24,000 bases of DNA from Thermoplasmatales archaeon (GTDB lineage: Archaea; Thermoplasmatota; E2; UBA202; JdFR-43). Each line of letters starts with the position of its first letter. Position 1 is the first letter of the stretch. The notes under the pieces are model-generated. The model was given only the letters and a program-made list of their open reading frames with translations, was not told where the DNA came from and did no database searches. The stretch spans positions 849-24,848 of the forward strand of contig DRIF01000024.1 of NCBI GenBank assembly GCA_011052825.1, in the 5' to 3' direction. The position numbers and the translations under genes are program-made. Positions 17,067 to 24,000 of the stretch are shown in pieces.

Positions 17067-17072
17067 TTTAAA
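17067..17072 (-). promoter_or_regulatory. Putative TATA box (with A-rich BRE-like flank) for tRNA-Gln
   Basis: TTTAAA lies at -23 to -28 relative to tRNA position 1 and is preceded on the minus strand by CATAAAAAA. The spacing fits archaeal TATA-to-start distances. Confidence 0.45.
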
Positions 17073-17106
17073 TTTTTTATGCATGCCACTTTTGCAAAAC
17101 AAACGC

Positions 17107-18852
17107 TTATCTGCCTCCTGCTCCGCCTCCGCCGAAGCCACCGCCAGCGCTAAATCCTCCACTTCCATGCCCGCTGGATGAATATGTTGCTATCATTGTT
17201 CTATTGACAGAAGCAAATGAAATGTATATTGCTGGAACCAAATCTATTTCATCAATTCTGATATCAAGTTTTTTAAATGATTCAGTAACTTTTTTTCCAA
17301 TGCCAAGGGCAGTTGCATAAATAAGCCAGTCCTTCCATATTAAAATGTCTTCTCTTGAATATTTTTGCAAATGAGCCATATCAAGAAGAAATCTTTTGAA
17401 AGCATCCCACTGCAATTTTTCCTTATAATATTCTTTTTTCCATTTTCCAAAAAGCGTTGAAGGGGCTAAAACTGTTGAGAGAAATTGTATTGAAAAAATC
17501 AATGAATAAAAAAATACATCAAATAAAACTGGATAGGCATAAAAATATTTTAGATAGAGAGAAATGGAAATTAAAAAGATTAATAGTGAAAGAGAAAAAT
17601 ATTTCAGCATTAAATAGCGACCATTTATAATAAAATCTCTTGCATCTCTCACTTTATATAATGAATCCATCTCCTTTTTTAATTTTGATAATGCAGTTTC
17701 ATCTCCTTTTAAAGATTTAATTTCCTCTTTCAATAAATTTGTAGAGAAAATCCCATTCTCAGAATGCTTTTTTAGGAAAGAATATACTTTGTTTTCATAT
17801 CTATCCGTCCCTTCCTCACTAATCAATTTTATTTTTATTTCTTTTCCGTTTTCAATCCTTATATTTCCTCTCTCATGCAAATCAAGCAATGTTGCATATA
17901 ATCCATCATTGTCAAAATCTGTTGCATCTTTCTTAAACAGCAGGTTTACCATCCATGGCTTCCTCTTCTTTGGTATGAAGCTAAGATATTTTGGAACAAA
18001 GAATTTTCTTTCCCTTCCATGAAGATAATATATTACAGCAATTAAAAGAGGAAATGCAAATACAATTATTTTTAGTACATATGAAAATATGCTCGCTATG
18101 CCATAATAAAGATGATATCTCTCATTCTCATTTATTGTTTTCTCCATCAAATTTTTATCATGGAATAAAAATTTTTGATTTGTTGAATTTAGCAAAATTT
18201 CAAATTCAATCAATCCATTTCTCTGGCTCTTTCCTCTTATTATGTAAAAATCATTTTCCTTTGAGATTTTAAATGGAGGGTGAGTAAAAATTTTGATTAT
18301 ATTTTTGGCGGAATTATTAATATAAATCTCGAAATTTTTATATGGGATATGTTCGTTAGCCAGTTTAATGTTTATATGATAAACTTCACCATCATATTGA
18401 ACTGGGGGATATATGGTATAAAAATACTCAATTTTATATATGCCTTTTTCGTATCCATCTGGATTGAAACAACCAACCTCATTTATGTAAGCTTTTTCCC
18501 ATATCTCATATTTATATAGATTATCTGTAGAATAAACATTTCCATAATAATCTTTTACGTAACCAATATATGAACAATTTATTTTATCCACCCTTACAAA
18601 AGGCTCTTCAAAACTCTGATTATATAATAAAGGAGCATTCCATATTCTGCAGAGCATTATAAAATGACCATTTACTTCATATTCATATTTTTCCTCCAGA
18701 TCCCCATCTGGATTGAAATAAACCTCATATTTATTTATAACCAGATCCCCATCATATTTGATATAATTTAGTAAAAAATATCCACCAAATGCTATTAAAA
18801 TCGTAAATATCGAAATTAGAAAAAACTGCCATCTTTCCCTCAAACTTCCCAC
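17107..18852 (-). CDS. DUF2207-family membrane protein with Gly-rich C-terminal tail
   Basis: N-terminal TM (FFLISIFTILIAFGGYFLL), a ~220-aa beta-rich ectodomain, further TM helices, and the tail SSGHGSGGFSAGGGFGGGGAGGR typical of DUF2207. It sits downstream of LemA, the usual partner. The start is GTG 18852 (13-nt overlap) or TTG 18843 (TTGA 4-nt overlap with the LemA stop). Confidence 0.7.
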   Translation of the reverse strand: MGSLRERWQFFLISIFTILIAFGGYFLLNYIKYDGDLVINKYEVYFNPDGDLEEKYEYEVNGHFIMLCRIWNAPLLYNQSFEEPFVRVDKINCSYIGYVKDYYGNVYSTDNLYKYEIWEKAYINEVGCFNPDGYEKGIYKIEYFYTIYPPVQYDGEVYHINIKLANEHIPYKNFEIYINNSAKNIIKIFTHPPFKISKENDFYIIRGKSQRNGLIEFEILLNSTNQKFLFHDKNLMEKTINENERYHLYYGIASIFSYVLKIIVFAFPLLIAVIYYLHGRERKFFVPKYLSFIPKKRKPWMVNLLFKKDATDFDNDGLYATLLDLHERGNIRIENGKEIKIKLISEEGTDRYENKVYSFLKKHSENGIFSTNLLKEEIKSLKGDETALSKLKKEMDSLYKVRDARDFIINGRYLMLKYFSLSLLIFLISISLYLKYFYAYPVLFDVFFYSLIFSIQFLSTVLAPSTLFGKWKKEYYKEKLQWDAFKRFLLDMAHLQKYSREDILIWKDWLIYATALGIGKKVTESFKKLDIRIDEIDLVPAIYISFASVNRTMIATYSSSGHGSGGFSAGGGFGGGGAGGR

Positions 18853-19394
18853 CTTAAAGATGGCTTACCAATTTCTTCAAATTCAAGGTATTCCATCTTT
18901 GAAAATGAAAATATAGATGCTATCATGCTTGATGGAACAACATCTCTCATTGTATTGTACTCTTGAACAATATTGTTATAGGTATATCTATGCCTTGCTA
19001 TCTCATTCTCTACATTTGATGTTTCCTCCATTAATTTTTTAACACTTTCGGACGTTTTCAATTCTGGGTAATTCTCCACCATTATTTTTATATCGCCCAA
19101 CAATCTTCTTGTTTCTCCCTCTATTTTCTTAATATCCTTTATATTTCCTTTCATAACCTCACTCCTCATTTTTGTTATGTTTTCAAGAGTTGATTTTTCA
19201 AATTTCGCATAACTTTTAACGCTCTCAACAAGTTCTGACAGCATGTCAATTCTTTTTTTCAATGCAACCTTTATTTGTCCTAAGGTAGCTTCTCCAGCGT
19301 TCTTCAATCTTTTAAATTTATTGTATATTGCAATCATATAAAGCAAAAATATAATTGCTGCAACAAATATTGCTATTCCTATTATGTATATCAT
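18840..19394 (-). CDS. lemA: LemA family membrane protein
   Basis: A single N-terminal TM followed by YNKFKRLKNAGEATLGQIKVALKKRIDMLSELVESVKSYAKFEKSTLENIT..R, as expected for LemA. I prefer ATG 19394 over the track's TTG 19403. Confidence 0.8.
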   Translation of the reverse strand: MIYIIGIAIFVAAIIFLLYMIAIYNKFKRLKNAGEATLGQIKVALKKRIDMLSELVESVKSYAKFEKSTLENITKMRSEVMKGNIKDIKKIEGETRRLLGDIKIMVENYPELKTSESVKKLMEETSNVENEIARHRYTYNNIVQEYNTMRDVVPSSMIASIFSFSKMEYLEFEEIGKPSLRWEV

Positions 19395-19411
19395 GAGATT
19401 CAATAAAATAA

Positions 19412-19419
19412 TATTTAAA
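19412..19419 (-). promoter_or_regulatory. Putative TATA box for lemA-DUF2207
   Basis: The minus strand reads TAA(tkt stop)-CCTTTTAAATATTATTTTA-TTGAATCTCATG. TTTAAATA starts ~25 nt upstream of ATG 19394, which would give a leaderless mRNA. Confidence 0.4.
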
Positions 19420-19422
19420 AGG

Positions 19423-20376
19423 TTATCTGTTTTTCAAAATCTCCATAGCTACCTTTGCAACATTTTCTGCAGTAAGTCCATATTTTTCCATCAATTCTCT
19501 TGCACCTCCTGATTCTCCAAATACATCATTCACTCCAATCCTTATTACTTTTGACGGATTTTTTGAGAGAGCAATTGAAACTGCATCTCCCAAACCTCCT
19601 ATTGTTGAATGCTCTTCAAATGTTATAATTGCATTTGTTTCCTTGCTTGCTTTTTTTATTAATTTTTCATCAATTGGCTTTATAGTTGGCATATGAATTA
19701 TTCTTGCACCAATTTTATCTTTCTTTAAAATATCATGTGCTTTAAGTGCTTCTGCGGTCGTTGTCCCAGCTGCAACTATTGAAATATCGCTACCATCTCT
19801 TAAAATATATCCCTTTCCTATTTCAAATATTCCATGGCTGTCAAAAATTATTGGAGCTGATTCTCTTCCTATTCTCACGTAGCATGGACCTCTGCATTCA
19901 TATACTGCTCTTACAACATCTTCCATTTCTGTTGCATCTGCAGGTGCTATAACAGTCATATTTGGCAAGACACGCATCAGAGCAATGTCCTCAAGCATTT
20001 GATGGCTTGCTCCATCTCCTCCAACAGATATTCCTGCATGGGTGGCTACAATTTTAACATCTAATTCAGGATAAGCTATTGACTGACGTATTGCATCATA
20101 GCTTCTTCCAGTTGCAAAAACTGCAAATGTTGACACAAAAACAGTTTTGCCACAACTAGCCAATCCAGCAGCAACTCCCATCATATTTGCTTCTGCAATA
20201 CCCATATCAAAAAATCTTTCTGGAAAAACTGTTCCAAATCTTTTTGTTTTTGTTGATAGAGCTAAATCTGCATCCAGCACAACAACATTTTCATCTTCCT
20301 GCCCAAGTTCAATAAGTGCAGAACTGTATGCATCTCTCAAATTTCTTTTTTTATCTGTCAGATTTGCATTAACCAT
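19423..20376 (-). CDS. tkt: Transketolase, C-terminal (pyrimidine-binding + C-terminal domain) subunit
   Basis: Motifs include RDAYSSALIELG, RFFDMGIAEANMMGVAAGLA, THAGISVGGDGASHQ, MRVLPNM and IHMPTIKPID. I prefer ATG 20376, which gives an ATGGTTAA 8-nt overlap with the upstream subunit's stop, over the track's TTG 20400. Confidence 0.9.
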   Translation of the reverse strand: MVNANLTDKKRNLRDAYSSALIELGQEDENVVVLDADLALSTKTKRFGTVFPERFFDMGIAEANMMGVAAGLASCGKTVFVSTFAVFATGRSYDAIRQSIAYPELDVKIVATHAGISVGGDGASHQMLEDIALMRVLPNMTVIAPADATEMEDVVRAVYECRGPCYVRIGRESAPIIFDSHGIFEIGKGYILRDGSDISIVAAGTTTAEALKAHDILKKDKIGARIIHMPTIKPIDEKLIKKASKETNAIITFEEHSTIGGLGDAVSIALSKNPSKVIRIGVNDVFGESGGARELMEKYGLTAENVAKVAMEILKNR

Positions 20377-21232
20377 CCAATTCCCTCCTTGCCTGCTCAA
20401 GTTCGCTCATAGCCCTTATATATTGCTCCTTGCTTGGAGGTTTTCCATGAAAAGAGAGAGTTCCTTCCATAAATGACACTCCTTTTCCTTTTATTGTGTT
20501 TGCAATTATAATTGTTGGTTTTTCATTTAACTTAACCTCATGAAATGTGTCCAAAATTTCTTCAATATCATGCCCATCTATTTCAACAACATCCCATCCA
20601 AATGCCTGCCATCTCCAGGGTAGTGGTTCAATATGCATTATTTCTTCAGTTGGGCCATCTATCTGGAGTTTATTTCTATCAAGAATTGCTATTAAATTAT
20701 CAAGCTTGTAATGAGATGCTGTATTTGCAGCTTCCCATATCTGCCCTTCCTGAACTTCACCATCTCCCAAAATAGCAAAAACTCTGTAATCTTTATTATC
20801 CAATTTTCCTGCAATTGCCATTCCAACAGCAGCACTCAGACCCTGCCCAAGTGAGCCAGTTGACATATCCACTCCTGGAACTTTTTTCATGCAGGGATGC
20901 CCTTGCAAAAAATGCCCTACCTTTCTTAAATTCTTCAGTTCCTCAACATCAAAATATCCAGCAAGAGCAAGAGCAGCATACAGGGCGGGAGCGGCATGCC
21001 CTTTCGATAAAACCAGTCTATCTCTATCCTGCCATTTTGGGTCTTTTGGATTGTGTCTCATTTCATGAAAATAGAGGCATGCCATAATGTCTGCCACTGA
21101 AAGACTTCCTCCAGGATGCCCTGAGCCAGCCCTGTAAACTGATTCTATCACCCACTTTCTTATCTCAAGAGCTTTAATTTTAATCTCTTTTATGAGCTTT
21201 TCATCATGCATTTTATAATGAAATGTGAACAC
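20369..21232 (-). CDS. tkt: Transketolase, N-terminal (thiamine-diphosphate-binding) subunit
   Basis: Motifs include GSGHPGGSLSVADI, DRLVLSKGHAAPALYA, GSLGQGLSAAVGMA, ILGDGEVQEGQIWEA and LDRNKLQIDG. The start is uncertain: GTG 21232 or ATG 21211 (MHDEKL...). Confidence 0.9.
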   Translation of the reverse strand: MFTFHYKMHDEKLIKEIKIKALEIRKWVIESVYRAGSGHPGGSLSVADIMACLYFHEMRHNPKDPKWQDRDRLVLSKGHAAPALYAALALAGYFDVEELKNLRKVGHFLQGHPCMKKVPGVDMSTGSLGQGLSAAVGMAIAGKLDNKDYRVFAILGDGEVQEGQIWEAANTASHYKLDNLIAILDRNKLQIDGPTEEIMHIEPLPWRWQAFGWDVVEIDGHDIEEILDTFHEVKLNEKPTIIIANTIKGKGVSFMEGTLSFHGKPPSKEQYIRAMSELEQARRELDG

Positions 21233-21258
21233 CTATTTATTGGTGATGGAGAGTTTTT

Positions 21259-24000
21259 TTACTTTTCCATATTTGTCAGTTCCATATCAAAGTCCTCTAC
21301 AATTGGAAGGATATCATTGAAATTTCCCTTTATTTTCACAATATTTTCTGCATCAGAAGAATAATAAATCTGTCCAATTGCTCTCACCATCTGAATATCA
21401 TATGCACTGAATGTTCCAGCAGGCACGCTCACTGATGTTTTAGAAGCACATTTAAATGGATGTATATCATGATAGAGAGGATCCCATATTTTTGGAATTT
21501 GTATTTTGTTGGAGATGTTGAAAAGATTCAGCAACTCTGGTATATCAATAACTGGAAGGAGTCTTGCATATTCTGGAGGAATGAGTTGTATGCCAAATAA
21601 TCTTGCAAATGTATTCACTACTTTTATTATTCTGAACCATATGGATTTTATATCTCCATCAACTGTAACATTTACTGAAGGAATTCCCCATGTTTTGTCT
21701 GTATTTATTGGGAAATTTATTATCTCATAAGGAGAATCAAAATCTGCCTGTAAATTAATTGTAATTTTGAAGGGAATAATATCAAGCAATTTTTGTATTA
21801 TTGGAGGTATTGAAAAGTTTATTGGCAAACTACTCAAGTCAAGATTGGCTGTTATTGTCAAATCTACTCCAGTTATTCCAAGAGTGGATTTTTCAAAATA
21901 CACATTTCCTTCAATGCTTATGTTGAATAAATGTGCTGAAATATTTATTGGAGGATCTCCAGTACCTAAATCCATTTCAATGGCAACATCAACATCAGCA
22001 TCTGGTATACTAATTTGTGCCGTATATGAATTTGAAGATGCTTCAGTAACTTCAAAATGAAGTTCTCCTGCTTTTAAATGAATATCTATATATCTTTCCT
22101 CAACCTCATTGAGAACAAAATCAACATTGCTTATTTCATATGTCCATGAATTTCCAACCTCCCATGTTGGAACATCATCAGATGATAATGTTTCATCTTC
22201 ATATTCTTTAAACCTATTTCCATTAGATTCTCTTCCAATTATTGAGCCTACTCCTCCTATTTTCAAACTTGGGTCTCCAAGCAACTCCCAAGACTCTATT
22301 GTTTTTCTATCTATCTGGTCAGTGTTGACATCATCAATTATGTTTATATAATCTGTTATTGCCTGGCTGTGAACTTCTCCCAAATATTCCTTTCCCTGAA
22401 CTGCATATGCATGGAAGAAACGAGGTTCAATCCATCCTCCTAAACCTATTAAGCAATACTGATTGATGTATCCATATCCATATCCAGTGTATCCAATTGA
22501 TGCAATAGAGCCACCCCCTTCTTCTAACAACATCCATGAACATCCATCATGAGGATAATATTCTCCATGCATTACCGCATCCTCATTATATGGCATGAGA
22601 TACTGCATTGTTACATTGAATTGAGCATTATGGCATCCTCCAACAACAACAACTGGCAATTTCGCCCCGTTTGAATATTTCCATATATCAAAAACTGTGA
22701 AGCCAAGTGAAAATTCCTCTTCTGTTTCAGCATCTGGCCAGAAGTTTCCCCATACACCAGGATTTCCATGTCCTGAAAGATAGGCAAATCCAGCTCCTTT
22801 ATCAAATGCGTTCACAATATCTTCATAATTTGAGAAAGTTCCCTGAGAAGTGTATAGTTTATCTATGCTAAATCCGTCTTTCTTTAAATTTTCTGCCGCA
22901 ACATCTGCAACCATCTCTCCTTCATAAATTCCTCTTCTTATATTTCCATATTCATCTCGAGCAGGTGGAGAGGTATCTCCTCCCACAACAAATGCTTTCT
23001 TAAACCATGAATCATCTGCTGTATTTTCATATGTAATTATTTTATTAACTACGATATCCACCTCCCATGAATATCGGAATGGCAATCTTCCAACATAAAC
23101 ATCTGGATAATAATCCATAACATCTTTCCTCTCTCCCCACCTTGAAAATTCTGCAAAAACTCCATTTCCATTGCTATCCCAATCCTCAAATGTAATCTTT
23201 CCATGATCATATTTATAAATATCTGCATAATATAAATCAGAGGCATATCCACTTTCAAAATCTGCATCATTATTACTCCTTCTCTCTGGCACATACCACT
23301 CAAACGTCTGCCCTTCTCTACCTCCAGCAAGCAGAACATATGTTATTCCCCATTTTTCTATTGCATCCTTTATTGCATATTTTATTTTCTCTGGTTCATC
23401 TCTTCCATTATAATTTGAATAAATTTCCTGAGTTGTTTCAAGAACAGTTCTTATTCCTATGCTGTTTTTATGGTCTATTAATGGCTGTAGTTGTGACGCA
23501 AACTTTTCATCAGTTATTATCAGCATATCATATTCATCAGCAGTGAATAGCAATTCTTCTGGAAGTTTGTATTTTATTTTCATATCTATTTTCTCAGGAA
23601 CATATATTTTATCTTTAGCTGGAGAATATTGAGCATAGCATCTTACATTAACATACAGAACATGCTCATCATCTTTTAAACCAACTCCTATCTTATACTC
23701 ATATGGTTCAGAGGGATAAAACTCTTCGCTACCATACACTCTCTCATCTGGTAGTATGTCTGGTATGAGTCCCTCTTTTTCATCAACAGATAAAATCACA
23801 GGAGATGGAGATGGTTCAATCTTTTTCTCCAGTTTATACTCTTTTAATTTGCAGTTCACATCAACATTCATAATTTCTGTCCCAGCTGGAAATGTAAAGG
23901 CTTTTGTTATTACAGGTATAACTGGCTTTCCAGTTTCCATTAAAAATGAATTTGCCTCATTTATATCTACACTCAGATATTTTCCTTTCTCCTCAAAAGT
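21259..24000 (-). CDS. Peptidase C25 (gingipain-like, clan CD) family protein with unassigned ~330-aa C-terminal region; 5' end beyond window
   Basis: The frame stays open upstream of the track's ATG 23940 to the window edge (…TFEEKGKYLSVDINEANSFL-METGKP…), so the N-terminus and signal peptide are missing. Clan-CD-like catalytic contexts are present: YLSGHGNPGVWG (His) and a hydrophobic strand plus Cys, LPVVVVGGCHNAQF. YVLLAGG and LLGDPSLKIGG are typical of C25 domains. Confidence 0.62.
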   Translation of the reverse strand, partial: TFEEKGKYLSVDINEANSFLMETGKPVIPVITKAFTFPAGTEIMNVDVNCKLKEYKLEKKIEPSPSPVILSVDEKEGLIPDILPDERVYGSEEFYPSEPYEYKIGVGLKDDEHVLYVNVRCYAQYSPAKDKIYVPEKIDMKIKYKLPEELLFTADEYDMLIITDEKFASQLQPLIDHKNSIGIRTVLETTQEIYSNYNGRDEPEKIKYAIKDAIEKWGITYVLLAGGREGQTFEWYVPERRSNNDADFESGYASDLYYADIYKYDHGKITFEDWDSNGNGVFAEFSRWGERKDVMDYYPDVYVGRLPFRYSWEVDIVVNKIITYENTADDSWFKKAFVVGGDTSPPARDEYGNIRRGIYEGEMVADVAAENLKKDGFSIDKLYTSQGTFSNYEDIVNAFDKGAGFAYLSGHGNPGVWGNFWPDAETEEEFSLGFTVFDIWKYSNGAKLPVVVVGGCHNAQFNVTMQYLMPYNEDAVMHGEYYPHDGCSWMLLEEGGGSIASIGYTGYGYGYINQYCLIGLGGWIEPRFFHAYAVQGKEYLGEVHSQAITDYINIIDDVNTDQIDRKTIESWELLGDPSLKIGGVGSIIGRESNGNRFKEYEDETLSSDDVPTWEVGNSWTYEISNVDFVLNEVEERYIDIHLKAGELHFEVTEASSNSYTAQISIPDADVDVAIEMDLGTGDPPINISAHLFNISIEGNVYFEKSTLGITGVDLTITANLDLSSLPINFSIPPIIQKLLDIIPFKITINLQADFDSPYEIINFPINTDKTWGIPSVNVTVDGDIKSIWFRIIKVVNTFARLFGIQLIPPEYARLLPVIDIPELLNLFNISNKIQIPKIWDPLYHDIHPFKCASKTSVSVPAGTFSAYDIQMVRAIGQIYYSSDAENIVKIKGNFNDILPIVEDFDMELTNMEK

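Noticed and set aside
16795-17181. 128-aa plus-strand ORF spanning the glnS 5' end, the tRNA-Gln gene and the 3' end of the DUF2207 gene
   Set aside because: It runs antisense across a well-folded tRNA and two strongly supported CDS. Its open frame is explained partly by the GC-rich tRNA and Gly-codon stretches, so it is not a credible gene.
17107-17185. A sharply GC-rich patch in an AT-rich window (ctgcctcctgctccgcctccgccgaagccaccgcc...)
   Set aside because: It is fully explained as the reverse complement of Gly/Ala codons encoding the Gly-rich tail of the DUF2207 protein, so it is not a separate element.
978-23546. Many 60-110 aa ORFs in the track lying antisense to, or out of frame with, the large genes (e.g. 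978-1211, 2291-3144, 4053-4900, 10169-10473, 11307-11576, 14286-15146, 17789-18519, 20147-21087, 21506-22351)
   Set aside because: All lie wholly inside long ORFs with recognisable family motifs. Their translations are low-complexity F/L/S/I-rich strings, as expected from the reverse strand of K/E/N-rich AT-rich genes. None has supporting motifs or its own promoter space.
1-24000. Scan for CRISPR arrays, transposases/integrases, terminal inverted repeats, prophage or defence-island signatures
   Set aside because: Nothing was found. There are no regularly spaced direct repeats outside the beta-helix gene, no recombinase-like ORFs and no compositional break. The tRNA gene is intact, with no duplicated 3' half nearby that would suggest an integration site.

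Overview
The window is AT-rich (roughly one third GC by eye), almost entirely coding, and appears to come from an archaeon. Four things support an archaeal origin. There is a PGF-CTERM sorting tail, a PAC2-type proteasome chaperone ending in an HbYX motif, and a tRNA-Gln with an A1:U72 first pair and no encoded CCA. TATA-like boxes also sit about 25-30 nt upstream of start codons, with no Shine-Dalgarno sequences. I call 20 CDS (two cut by the window edges) and one tRNA. Most genes are housekeeping: glycine-cleavage P protein (gcvPA/gcvPB), purS-purL, purN, PolX, split transketolase, Nudix, a PAC2 chaperone and a dUTPase/dCTP-deaminase family protein. Three are secreted or surface proteins: an M14 carboxypeptidase, a beta-helix protein with PGF-CTERM, and a C25/gingipain-like peptidase. 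I see no CRISPR array, transposase, integrase, long terminal repeats or obvious defence island, and I cannot honestly point to a clear multi-gene novel system. The observations most worth a second look are these. (1) A bacterial-type glutaminyl-tRNA synthetase lies directly downstream of an archaeal-type tRNA-Gln(CUG), in a domain usually described as lacking GlnRS. (2) An unrecognisable 438-aa protein with 12 Cys and two CX3CX2C motifs is tightly coupled to an Ap4A-hydrolase-like Nudix gene. (3) A membrane-anchored tandem zinc-ribbon protein is translationally coupled to purS/purL, where purQ would be expected. (4) A C25-like peptidase carries a ~330-aa C-terminal region I cannot assign. (5) A LemA/DUF2207 pair sits directly behind transketolase. 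All family assignments come from motif recognition by eye and memory; no database search was run. The supplied ORF track uses GTG/TTG as starts, and I revised several starts to nearby ATGs.
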